The notes beneath the pieces are model-generated. The model saw nothing but the letters and a program-made list of their open reading frames with translations, did not search any database and had not been told where the DNA came from. Both the position numbers and the translations under genes were made by a program. Below, piece after piece: positions 24,724 to 32,503 of a stretch of DNA of 43,955 nucleotides (the first letter of the stretch is position 1; each line of letters opens with the position of its first letter). The DNA comes from a virus: the UHGV virus genome UHGV-0152227; one strand, written 5' to 3'.

Positions 24724-26399
24724 TGTGATTGCCCACCCTGACCACTAACTGCATTCGCCATAGCTGACAAAACACTCGGATCCGAAGTTTTAGCTTCGCT
24801 TAGCGTCTTGGCACCCTGTGCCGCCGCCATCCCCATCGCCATCATTTGTTGCTGCTGTTGTTGCTGTGCCCGTTGCTGGCGAGCCTGCTCAACCTGTTCC
24901 TGCGGAACAATGACGGTTGGAGACACTCCGGACATATCAGCGAATGCATCGATCGCCTGATCAACGTTGAGTTTGTCGAGAGCTTCTGGTTTCGCTTGCG
25001 CAAGTTGACCAATAAAGTTGACCGTGGATGCCAGACTGGACAGGCCGATAGACTTCTGCGCCTGAGCCATGACGGAAATGTATTCGACCTTCAGGGGCAT
25101 ACCTTCCATCGCGTCAGGCGGTGGCGGCAGCATGTTTTTACGCACCATCATCGAGAAAGCGCGGTCAATGAGAGGATTAAGACATTCGTCGTTCAGACGC
25201 TCCAGAACCGGCCCCAACATCAGAAGTTTTTCTTCTTTCATTTCGATCACTGCTTCAACAGGCATCGAGCGGGTATTGATGTTCTGCAACATCATGAACA
25301 GATCGACAAAGTAGGCGCTGTTAATGATTTGACGAGTGTCCTGAATGTCTGCTACCAGATCTGCTGTACTGGGGTTAACCAGATAAGCAGGCCTGAAGCC
25401 ATCCTGACCAGTAATCTGATCGATATACGTGATGTCGCCAGGAAGAAGGGAGGCGCGCTGATTCTTGAGGGAAGTCGGAGCAACCATCGGCGGATTGGTG
25501 GCTTTATCAATCAACTGCGACTTGCGCTTCTGGAGAAGTTGCAATGCCTTAACAGGTCCAAGCGCCAGCATACCCGGGCATGATGATCCATAAACATCTT
25601 CGCCATTAACTTCCCAGCGCGGAGCCATAATTGGAAACTCATCAAATCCGGACTCACGCAACAACTTGTCGTTATCGCCACCAACCTCGTAATAAACCGA
25701 TTTGAATGGCTTGTTCTTGCTATCCAGCTTCGATGTATCGCGGTCAATGTTCGGGTAAACCGAATGCATCACTTCAATCCACTTCTCGTAGGTGCCGCTT
25801 TCCCACATGCTTTTTACGGATTCGCTGACGTTATTTAGTCCGAACTCCTGAACAAGCTGACGAACAGTCATAGAGAACCTGCGAAAACAGGTGTCTACAC
25901 TGCCACGAGGTGAGTTAGCCAGGTAGTAACTTCCTATCGGGAATGGCATTGTACGAATGATGTCCTCGTCATCCTCCAGCACCGCCATTGCGCCAGTGCT
26001 GTATGTGCCGAGGCTTCCGTATAACTGCGGCAGCGACTGATAGAGATTCGACTTATTGAACATATCGTTCATGCGGTTCTGCACCGCCTCAAGCCACAAC
26101 TTAACAGGGCCATAATCCATCATTTCAGGATCTGGCGTAGCCAGGCGAAACCACGGACGCGCGGGGCTTGTGATGCCTGACATCATGCCGCTGGCGAGAG
26201 TGCGCGCCGCCATAGTCCCGGTCGAATCAATAATGCGTGTATTGCGTCGATCGTTACGGTTGACCTCAGAAGTCAGAAAGCGGGAACCACGCGGGTTGAT
26301 GTAATCACTCAACTCGCGCCAGTGCGGCTCGAACGACTGACGCTCGCTTTCAAGTTGTGCGAACTGTTTGTTCAATCGCTCTTTAGTTGTTTCCGCCAT
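24720..26399 (-). CDS. portal (head-tail connector) protein, T7 gp8-type
   Basis: 559 aa. The N-terminal pattern LNKQFAQLESERQSFEPHWRELSDYI.PR is typical of podovirus connector proteins. Gln-rich C-terminus. Confidence 0.9.
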   Translation of the reverse strand: MAETTKERLNKQFAQLESERQSFEPHWRELSDYINPRGSRFLTSEVNRNDRRNTRIIDSTGTMAARTLASGMMSGITSPARPWFRLATPDPEMMDYGPVKLWLEAVQNRMNDMFNKSNLYQSLPQLYGSLGTYSTGAMAVLEDDEDIIRTMPFPIGSYYLANSPRGSVDTCFRRFSMTVRQLVQEFGLNNVSESVKSMWESGTYEKWIEVMHSVYPNIDRDTSKLDSKNKPFKSVYYEVGGDNDKLLRESGFDEFPIMAPRWEVNGEDVYGSSCPGMLALGPVKALQLLQKRKSQLIDKATNPPMVAPTSLKNQRASLLPGDITYIDQITGQDGFRPAYLVNPSTADLVADIQDTRQIINSAYFVDLFMMLQNINTRSMPVEAVIEMKEEKLLMLGPVLERLNDECLNPLIDRAFSMMVRKNMLPPPPDAMEGMPLKVEYISVMAQAQKSIGLSSLASTVNFIGQLAQAKPEALDKLNVDQAIDAFADMSGVSPTVIVPQEQVEQARQQRAQQQQQQQMMAMGMAAAQGAKTLSEAKTSDPSVLSAMANAVSGQGGQSQ

Positions 26400-26413
26400 T
26401 TCAATGACTCCGG

Positions 26414-26620
26414 TTACTGACCAAGCAGCGTTTTACCGCTGGTATTAGCGGTTGATGTGTCGCCCTGAGAACCGGTAAGCAGCGTAGAACTACGACCAGC
26501 AGCAGCGCGACGGCGACGAGTTTCTTCGTCGCGGGCATCAACAACGGCGGCATCCTGCTCCTGTGGTGCTGCCTGAACTTCTGGTGTTGCAGGCACTGAT
26601 GGTGAGCTACCCATGCACAT
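26414..26620 (-). CDS. small conserved protein preceding the portal gene (68 aa)
   Basis: GGAG RBS 9 nt upstream of the ATG. Low-complexity sequence ending in TLLGQ. Coding status is supported only by position and RBS. Confidence 0.5.
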   Translation of the reverse strand: MCMGSSPSVPATPEVQAAPQEQDAAVVDARDEETRRRRAAAGRSSTLLTGSQGDTSTANTSGKTLLGQ

Positions 26621-26688
26621 ATCAATGACTCCGTACGCAATTAAATTATTACCAATTTAACCACATATGATTTATTTATCGTAGATAG

Positions 26689-26725
26689 TTGACATTTAAC
26701 GCACAAATTATTACCTTTAGGGTAA
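26689..26725 (+). promoter_or_regulatory. promoter plus operator of the tRNA/gp49 moron
   Basis: TTGACA (26689-26694). Perfect dyad TTACC TTTAG GGTAA (26711-26725) overlaps the expected -10 position. The -10 hexamer itself is poor (TACCTT). Confidence 0.45.
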
Positions 26726-27047
26726 GTAAATGGTTCATTCCGGTTATTAACCTGACTGGCTTGTCGTTAAATTGAACAGGTGGAGTGAGCTTTTATTTTG
26801 AGCAGTACGGCGTATGGCACATGCGCCGATAGCGGTCTGGATACGTTTAAGGGGCTCCCTCCCTTGCTCGGGCAAACGAACCAGGTAGCCGGAATGTGCA
26901 AGTCGAGCGGTTTTATTCCGCGCACGGGGATTCACCATCCCGGCGATTCGGTGTGACGCCTCGGAAGAGACGAGGGTACAACGATGAGAGCATTTATGGA
27001 GCCGCGACAAAGTGTGGCGCCTTAACAGGCTAAGTGCTCTCAGCGTT

Positions 27048-27124
27048 GTGGCATTAGCTCAGTTGGACAGAGCAACCGCCTTCTAAGCGGTTGGTCGCAG
27101 GTTCGAATCCTGCATGCCACGCCA
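27048..27124 (+). tRNA. tRNA-Arg (anticodon UCU, reads AGA), CCA encoded
   Basis: A full cloverleaf folded by hand: acceptor GTGGCAT/ATGCCAC, D stem GCTC/GAGC, anticodon stem ACCGC/GCGGT with loop CT-TCT-AA, T arm GCAGG-TTCGAAT-CCTGC, discriminator G, then CCA. Confidence 0.92.
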
Positions 27125-27167
27125 GAATCACGCCTAAGGACCGTGATGCCAGAAGTTCCAGGGGCTT

Positions 27168-27210
27168 GGCGGTGATGGTTTCCCTTGAAGGACTATCACC
27201 GCCCTTTTTA
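27168..27210 (+). terminator. rho-independent terminator downstream of the tRNA
   Basis: 9-bp stem GGCGGTGAT (27168-27176) / ATCACCGCC (27195-27203), then CTTTTTA. Confidence 0.75.
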
Positions 27211-27287
27211 CAGCAGGACGCCATTGCGATGACTTCATGCTGTAAACCAGTACAGCCACGGAAGGCATAACTCATTGCTTCCAGTTC

Positions 27288-27311
27288 GCCCGGTTCGCCG
27301 GGCATTTTTTT
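27288..27311 (+). terminator. second terminator hairpin just upstream of the gp49-like gene
   Basis: Stem GCCCGG / CCGGGC with a TTCG loop, then ATTTTTTT. It ends 11 nt before the ATG at 27323. Confidence 0.7.
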
Positions 27312-27322
27312 AAGGTGAGATT

Positions 27323-27679
27323 ATGAACGACCAGCAAATCGAAAAAGAAATCGTTGAGAAAGGCAAAACCGCTCCGCGAGTTACGCCTCAATATATCGAA
27401 AGCATCATTCTTGAAGAGCATTTCTTTACTGCTTATGACGGCATTCGTGCTGCCAATATGGGAGTTGGCGATTCATGGACAGCGCATAAATCTACAGACC
27501 TCCTGACTTTCTGCGTATTGGTACTGAAGAATGGCTTCACCGTCACCGGAGAGAGTGCCTGTGCAAGTCCGGAAAATTTTGATGCAGAAATTGGTCGGAA
27601 GATTGCCCGGCAGAATGCTGTAAACAAAATCTGGATGCTCGAAGGTTACTTGCTGAAGCAGAAGTTAAGCGAGCAATAA
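27323..27679 (+). CDS. Gp49-family protein (N15 gp49-like, unknown function)
   Basis: AAGGTGAG RBS. The motif LTFCVLVLKNGFTVTGESACASPENFDAEIGRKIARQNA is recognised as the phage Gp49/Gp66 family. Confidence 0.7.
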   Translation: MNDQQIEKEIVEKGKTAPRVTPQYIESIILEEHFFTAYDGIRAANMGVGDSWTAHKSTDLLTFCVLVLKNGFTVTGESACASPENFDAEIGRKIARQNAVNKIWMLEGYLLKQKLSEQ

Positions 27680-27683
27680 CACC

Positions 27684-27695
27684 GTGACATGTCAC
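27684..27695. repeat. palindrome GTGACATGTCAC (copy 2)
   Basis: 4 nt after the gp49-like stop codon and 4 nt before the terminator stem. Confidence 0.9.
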
Positions 27696-27699
27696 AAAC

Positions 27700-27727
27700 A
27701 GCCAGCCGATGAGCTGGCTTTGTTTTA
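27700..27727. terminator. terminator between the convergent gp49-like and terL genes
   Basis: Stem AGCCAGC / GCTGGCT, loop CGATGA, then TTGTTTTA. Confidence 0.75.
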
Positions 27728-27769
27728 TCCTCATCAGAGGATATCAACGACATTATCCCCACTAGCGGA

Positions 27770-29245
27770 TTAAGCATAGGGATCGTAATCTGTGATGGCC
27801 TTGCCTTGCTGGTTCTGCTGCCCGGGAATTCGCAGACGCTTTGACACAGGGAAAGCAAACGTCAGCAGTAGCGCATCGCCTTTACCAGGAGAACGCCCAA
27901 GCCGCTCCTTGATATCTTCCTTCGGTTCGATAACGATTTTACCGTCCACTCGAACTTTATACTCTGCCGCCGACAGGTCGTCCGCTGTTTCCTGGTCATC
28001 CAGCATCCCGCCCAGCCTCAGCCATGTCTTGCATGAGTTGAACATCTCCCCACGCTTGTTGAGCATCTGCGGGTCAGTAGACGCGCCACCGAACGGAACA
28101 AGTTGCCATGTGCGCCCCCAACCATCACCGATTGACTTCAGACCGGTACCGTAACCGAAGTCGATGAACACCGCGTCAGCCTGATACTGGTCTTCAAAGT
28201 CAGCGATACGCTTCGCCATAATCAGATCGTCGGTGGTCTTGTTACCAGTCCATAGCACCTTACTGTGCAGCCCCTGCCGCAGGTATATCACAGCGTCATC
28301 AACGCCGGAGTATGCCGGGTCAACGCCGATTATCACCGGAGCATGCGCCACCTGCGCAGCGGTTACCACCCGTTTCATTGCCTCATCAGTAAGACCGGTA
28401 GGGATAAACTGCAATTCAGATGCATCAGGGAATATGCCGCGCACACGGATTTTAACGAAGTCGCTATCTTCCCCGTAGTCATCAACCCATTTCTGCAACT
28501 GCTGTTTGTTAGTGCCTTCCACCGTCCGGCTGTCAATCTGCGCAGTTTTCCAGCGGTGTTTATATTTGCGGAAACATTCGCGGAAACGCCCGGTGTTACG
28601 AGTAGGGTTTCCGAACGCCACCCAGATAATCTCAGTGTCTTCGTCCGTAAGCGCACCCTCAGCAACTTCCCACACCAGATCCGCAATGTTCGACGCTTCA
28701 TCGAATACCACGATGATGCGTTTGCGCTCGTTGTGTAGTCCGGCGAATGCCTCAGTGTTGTGCTCAGACCAGGGGATTGCGTCAGCTCGCCACCGCTTGT
28801 CGTGCCCAGGATCATTGCTGTACATCGCGGTAGCGGTACAGGTAAACCAGTCTTTCGTGATAGCAAGGTTCGACCACTTGATAATTTCCGGCCAGGTCTT
28901 CGTTCGTAGCTGGTTGTCGGTGTTGGCGGTCACCACGACCTTACAATCCTCGCAAGTGGACATGCCCCAGTTGATCAGCATTGAGATGAATGCGGATTTA
29001 CCAATACCGTGACCAGAAGCGCGTGCCAGCATAAGCGGCTGATAGCGCGTCTCTGGATTCTGCAGGTGATCACGTATCTCTCGGAACGCATCAGCCTGCC
29101 ACTGACGTGGGCCGGTGGCATGTGCCAGTTCAGTCCCCTCTTCCCCCCACGGGAACGCATAGAGGGCATAGCCAAGCGGATCGTGAGTGAACCCTGCAAT
29201 ATCCTCGATCAACTGCTCTTCAGGAGATAACGCTGTATCTGTCAC
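27770..29245 (-). CDS. terL: terminase large subunit
   Basis: Walker A-like LARASGHGIGKS and an acidic patch IIVVFDEAS, with a nuclease-domain-sized C-terminus. It follows terS with a 4-nt overlap. Confidence 0.9.
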   Translation of the reverse strand: MTDTALSPEEQLIEDIAGFTHDPLGYALYAFPWGEEGTELAHATGPRQWQADAFREIRDHLQNPETRYQPLMLARASGHGIGKSAFISMLINWGMSTCEDCKVVVTANTDNQLRTKTWPEIIKWSNLAITKDWFTCTATAMYSNDPGHDKRWRADAIPWSEHNTEAFAGLHNERKRIIVVFDEASNIADLVWEVAEGALTDEDTEIIWVAFGNPTRNTGRFRECFRKYKHRWKTAQIDSRTVEGTNKQQLQKWVDDYGEDSDFVKIRVRGIFPDASELQFIPTGLTDEAMKRVVTAAQVAHAPVIIGVDPAYSGVDDAVIYLRQGLHSKVLWTGNKTTDDLIMAKRIADFEDQYQADAVFIDFGYGTGLKSIGDGWGRTWQLVPFGGASTDPQMLNKRGEMFNSCKTWLRLGGMLDDQETADDLSAAEYKVRVDGKIVIEPKEDIKERLGRSPGKGDALLLTFAFPVSKRLRIPGQQNQQGKAITDYDPYA

Positions 29246-29838
29246 TGATTACCATCCTGACGTTCTTTGAGTCGCTTCCTGGCTGCTGCTATGCGATCAG
29301 CAATTGTCACATTCACATTAACATCCAGACGTTCTTTGAACGCGTTGACATCAACATGCTTACCAATCAGCTCAAGGTTCTTCACCTTGTCAGGCCATTT
29401 AATTTTTTTGAGGATTGTCTCTATCGAATCCTCGTTCATGTTCATGATGGTCGATGACAGATCAAAGCCACTAAGCGTAGTGCGCCAGATTTTCGGCCAC
29501 TCGCGGATTGGCTTAAGGCTCCCATCGTCGTTGAGGATGTCGATCACATCCATCTGGTCGATCTCCACCAGGCGCATAAGAACGTAATCGGCACTGACGC
29601 GCATTCGTTTGTTGCGCTCCTCCATCAGCTCGGCAATCCGTTTTTGAATGCGTTCATCGCGCATCATGACACTGGCTTTAACTGCCGCTGTATTTGGGGA
29701 GAATCCTGCGTTAATCGCTGCCTGAGTCTGGTTTTCAGGCGTTTTGATGTATGACTGGCAATAAGCCTCCTGCATTGCTGTTAGTGGCTTAAATTGCGTT
29801 GATTTGCGTTTATAGGTTTTAGGTTCAGCAGGCATCAT
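29242..29838 (-). CDS. terS: terminase small subunit (Terminase_2-like)
   Basis: KPLTAMQEAYCQSYIKTPENQTQAAINAGFSPNTA is a typical TerS HTH. The start is set at the ATG-ATG pair (29838/29835) after a GGTGG RBS. The 26-codon upstream extension in the ORF track spans a terminator and operator repeats. Confidence 0.8.
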   Translation of the reverse strand: MMPAEPKTYKRKSTQFKPLTAMQEAYCQSYIKTPENQTQAAINAGFSPNTAAVKASVMMRDERIQKRIAELMEERNKRMRVSADYVLMRLVEIDQMDVIDILNDDGSLKPIREWPKIWRTTLSGFDLSSTIMNMNEDSIETILKKIKWPDKVKNLELIGKHVDVNAFKERLDVNVNVTIADRIAAARKRLKERQDGNQ

Positions 29839-29870
29839 AACCACCGTGGTAATAGTTACCGTTGTGGTAA
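29838..29870. promoter_or_regulatory. two operator dyads directly upstream of, and overlapping, the terS start
   Basis: Perfect TTACC GTTGT GGTAA (29856-29870) and 9/10 TAACC ACCGT GGTAA (29838-29852), centres 18 bp apart. On the minus strand this reads as a tandem of GGTA(A)CTATTACCAC. Confidence 0.55.
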
Positions 29871-29881
29871 TAGTACCATGC

Positions 29882-29907
29882 AAAATAAAGCCGCCATAGT
29901 TGGCGGC
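29882..29907 (-). terminator. rho-independent terminator at the end of the early-left operon, upstream of terS
   Basis: Stem GCCGCCA (29890-29896) / TGGCGGC (29901-29907). The minus strand continues TTTATTTT. Confidence 0.75.
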
Positions 29908-29948
29908 AGTATTCAAAACCCATCAAATTCATCATGCATAATCTACTC

Positions 29949-29960
29949 GTGACATGTCAC
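29949..29960. repeat. palindrome GTGACATGTCAC (copy 3)
   Basis: Overlaps the stop codon (29957-29959) of the 113-aa zinc-finger gene and lies 41 nt upstream (minus-strand sense) of the terminator stem. Confidence 0.9.
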
Positions 29961-30298
29961 ACTATTAATTTCGTTTCATGCCAGCCTTTAGTCACCCAGC
30001 ATTGCGAGTCACCATTACACGGGCATGAATTAACTGGAACTCTCTCGCCGCACTTACCGCAACGTTTTCTGCTGATCGATTTTATACGCCCGCGCACCCG
30101 GGCATCATCCTGGCGGATCAGCAGCGCGATGTACTCGGCCATTTCATAGGGATCTCGACCAGGGCGCCGGGCGGCGCAGTTCCGCTCCAGCATTTCAATT
30201 TCCTGAGCATCAAGCACAATCTCCAGCTTACGTACACCGGATTCAGCTTGTCTGGCTCTCTGAGCGGCTTTGCGCTCTGCTGCTGATTTAGCCATCAA
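29957..30298 (-). CDS. 113-aa protein with a basic N-terminal helix region and a C-terminal Cys cluster, candidate regulator
   Basis: AAERKAAQRARQAESGVRKLEIVLDAQEIEMLE resembles small DNA-binding proteins. CGKCGERVPVNSCPCNGDSQC is a zinc-ribbon-like cluster. It is the last gene before the late operon. Confidence 0.6.
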   Translation of the reverse strand: MMAKSAAERKAAQRARQAESGVRKLEIVLDAQEIEMLERNCAARRPGRDPYEMAEYIALLIRQDDARVRGRIKSISRKRCGKCGERVPVNSCPCNGDSQCWVTKGWHETKLIV

Positions 30299-30330
30299 TA
30301 TTTACCTTTATCGCGAACACCTTTACCGGT

Positions 30331-30573
30331 TTATCTCCTTTGCATGGCACGTAATTTTTTCAGATGGTTCTCCTGTTCTGTTTCAGCCAGGATCTGGTGA
30401 TATTCTCTGTGATCAATGTGTTCGAATAAATTATTGAATTTTCTGATGCACACCCTTCCAGGATAGCCATCCATCCTCTTGAAGAATACTGAGTGATCAG
30501 TACTACGAATGATTTTTACTGGATAGCCGGCGCTATCGGTGTATATCTGACCACGTTGAATCAGAGAGAACAT
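30331..30573 (-). CDS. hypothetical protein (80 aa, possibly DUF4222-like)
   Basis: Clean ORF in the early-left operon. Family assignment is weak. Confidence 0.6.
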   Translation of the reverse strand: MFSLIQRGQIYTDSAGYPVKIIRSTDHSVFFKRMDGYPGRVCIRKFNNLFEHIDHREYHQILAETEQENHLKKLRAMQRR

Positions 30574-30634
30574 TCGTTTATCCCCAGATAAAAATATAGC
30601 AATACCAATTACATAAAATACTTCAGGCCAAGCA

Positions 30635-31360
30635 TCATTTCACCTCCTGCGGCGGTTCTGGTAGAGGCATCCAATTGATTACATCGCATTTAGGGATGCT
30701 GATATCATCACCAAGCCACCCTTGACCTTCAGACCAGCATTGCACGTAATACCCGTATTCTGTGTTCACTACGCACCACTGCGCGTCGTTCGGCATTCGC
30801 TCACTACAGCTTATCCAACCATCCGGAGTTACCGGATAGTTGACAGCCAGTCTGCGCAAAACAGCCTTAACAGCCTCAATACGGTCATCATCAACTTTTT
30901 CTACAATATTGGAATTTAAATACTTCGAAGCCTTGCTATGCCAATCGCTGGTTTTAGGGTCTTGTCCATCCATCAAACGCCAAGCTTCAGCGATTAACTC
31001 ATAGCCAGTAACAGTGGCTTCCTGCGCATCACCAATCAGTTGTGTGATCTCTCTTTCAAGCATGCTTAGAGCGTTAGGCATTGGTTTTTCTTCCGGTACT
31101 ACTGGAACGGGTGGGGCGGCGTAGACCTCAATAATTCCATTATCAATAGGCCATTCTCCATCCTTGAGGTAGTCACTTGTGCCGTCAACTTGCTGTTCTG
31201 CAATGTGGAATGCACCTATTGGTTTTGCCTCAAGCGAGGCCAGTGCAATTCGTGCCAGTTCTTCCGCTTCTTCTGCTGGCAGTACAACGTTGCTACCAGG
31301 TCCGTATGTTTCGCGCCACTGCCTGATTGTCAGCAGTCGCTCTTTGGTAATAGTGGTCAT
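30635..31360 (-). CDS. DUF551 domain protein (241 aa)
   Basis: C-terminal signature W...P.....W.........INWMPLPEPP, typical of lambdoid early-region DUF551 proteins. Confidence 0.7.
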   Translation of the reverse strand: MTTITKERLLTIRQWRETYGPGSNVVLPAEEAEELARIALASLEAKPIGAFHIAEQQVDGTSDYLKDGEWPIDNGIIEVYAAPPVPVVPEEKPMPNALSMLEREITQLIGDAQEATVTGYELIAEAWRLMDGQDPKTSDWHSKASKYLNSNIVEKVDDDRIEAVKAVLRRLAVNYPVTPDGWISCSERMPNDAQWCVVNTEYGYYVQCWSEGQGWLGDDISIPKCDVINWMPLPEPPQEVK

Positions 31361-31370
31361 GTGTTAGTCC

Positions 31371-31634
31371 TTATCCTGCTGTACTTTCAACTGATGAGGG
31401 GAATAAAATCTTTTCATCAAATCCGGCATTCATATCATGAACAGCAACACACCAATCCATTGACGAACGATTATCAAGAGCCTCCATGATTTCATCCATG
31501 CGGCGCAGGTCATACAGGTAAATGCTTTTATCGCCAATGGTGTAAAAACCAATTTTTTTCGGTGATGGGCAGCGATCAAGAACGTCCTGTAATTCGCTCA
31601 ACCATGCTTGTTCTTTTTTTGTCAAAGTTGCCAT
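31371..31634 (-). CDS. hypothetical protein (87 aa)
   Basis: AAGGAGAG RBS before the ATG at 31634 (MATLTKKEQAWL...). The ORF track starts at 31688, inside the upstream gene. Confidence 0.65.
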   Translation of the reverse strand: MATLTKKEQAWLSELQDVLDRCPSPKKIGFYTIGDKSIYLYDLRRMDEIMEALDNRSSMDWCVAVHDMNAGFDEKILFPSSVESTAG

Positions 31635-31635
31635 A

Positions 31636-32202
31636 TCACTCTCCTTTAATGCGAATGTCAGCGACGCGTAATGCGTGTTCCAGGTCAATCAGGTAAAGCC
31701 AACTGCCATTTTCTTTAGGTATCATGACATGTCGCTCATCTGCATTTATCGGGTGTCCATATCGAAGGTCGTAGCGAGTCGGTAATTGAACTTCCCGCGC
31801 TTCCAGTTCAGCAATGCGCTTCTCTGCGGCCTCTGCCCTGCATTGTTCCCGTTGGAACATTTTGTGGGTGCGGTCGAGCGCCTCAAGTCTGGCTGCTGAT
31901 GTTTTCTCTTCTGCTTCAAGCTCAACGCGCAGCTTCCCAACCGTAAGCGCAATATCCTCGTTCTCCTGGTCGCGGCGTTTGATGTATTGCTGGTTTCTTT
32001 CCCGTTCATCCAGTAGTGCCAGCACGGTTTCTGGTCCGGCCAGAAATTTGAAGGCGTTGAGCGCATCAATATCCACACCGTAATCTTTAAGTTCCTGTTC
32101 ACTTAACAAATCATCATCAACTGGCAACATTAACAGGCGTTCCATTGCTGGAATTGCACGTTCTGCCGCCTCACGCAGTGCCTGATAGTTAATTTTGGTC
32201 AT
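31636..32202 (-). CDS. Ead/Ea22-like protein, paralogue 3
   Basis: The N-terminus MTKINYQALREAAERA is shared with the 32500-33324 protein. Coiled-coil centre. Confidence 0.7.
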   Translation of the reverse strand: MTKINYQALREAAERAIPAMERLLMLPVDDDLLSEQELKDYGVDIDALNAFKFLAGPETVLALLDERERNQQYIKRRDQENEDIALTVGKLRVELEAEEKTSAARLEALDRTHKMFQREQCRAEAAEKRIAELEAREVQLPTRYDLRYGHPINADERHVMIPKENGSWLYLIDLEHALRVADIRIKGE

Positions 32203-32203
32203 A

Positions 32204-32503
32204 TCACATCACCCTGAAGCCGTTGCATTTACGTAAAAAATCGCAGATATAGCCCTTCATTTTTTCGTGCCAATCTCGATCATTCCCATTGCACCAACCA
32301 TCAGGTGGAGTCCAGTTTTCTATCAGAGCAGCCATTTTCTTTGCTTTCGCCGGAGTAGCTGTTGCGGTATCGCAGTAATGACGAGTGTCAACCAACGTAT
32401 CCATACCATCGATATCAAGTACGCAAAACCATGTGTGATTCGGCATTTCAACAGATGGTATTTGTTGCCCACGTCGACGTTTATCAATAAGACATACAGT
32501 CAC
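32204..32503 (-). CDS. hypothetical protein (99 aa)
   Basis: ORF whose ends abut or overlap both neighbouring genes. Confidence 0.6.
   Translation of the reverse strand: MTVCLIDKRRRGQQIPSVEMPNHTWFCVLDIDGMDTLVDTRHYCDTATATPAKAKKMAALIENWTPPDGWCNGNDRDWHEKMKGYICDFLRKCNGFRVM

Noticed and set aside
23714-25583. Plus-strand ORFs of 193 aa and 245 aa
   Set aside because: They are antisense to the scaffold and portal genes. They are Leu/Arg-rich shadow frames.
26401-26640. 79-aa minus-strand ORF overlapping the 68-aa ORF in another frame
   Set aside because: Only one of the two frames can be real. The 26414-26620 frame has the GGAG RBS at proper spacing. The other begins without one.
26747-27010. 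87-aa minus-strand ORF upstream of the tRNA
   Set aside because: It is a basic, low-complexity product with no RBS, and it is antisense to the predicted tRNA precursor transcript.
27054-27305. 83-aa minus-strand ORF
   Set aside because: It runs directly antisense across the tRNA-Arg gene and both terminators.
29839-29916. N-terminal extension of terS (MNTAANYGGFILHGTITTTVTITTVV)
   Set aside because: It contains a 7-bp-stem terminator and the tandem operator repeats. A proper RBS (GGTGG) precedes the internal ATG pair at 29838/29835.
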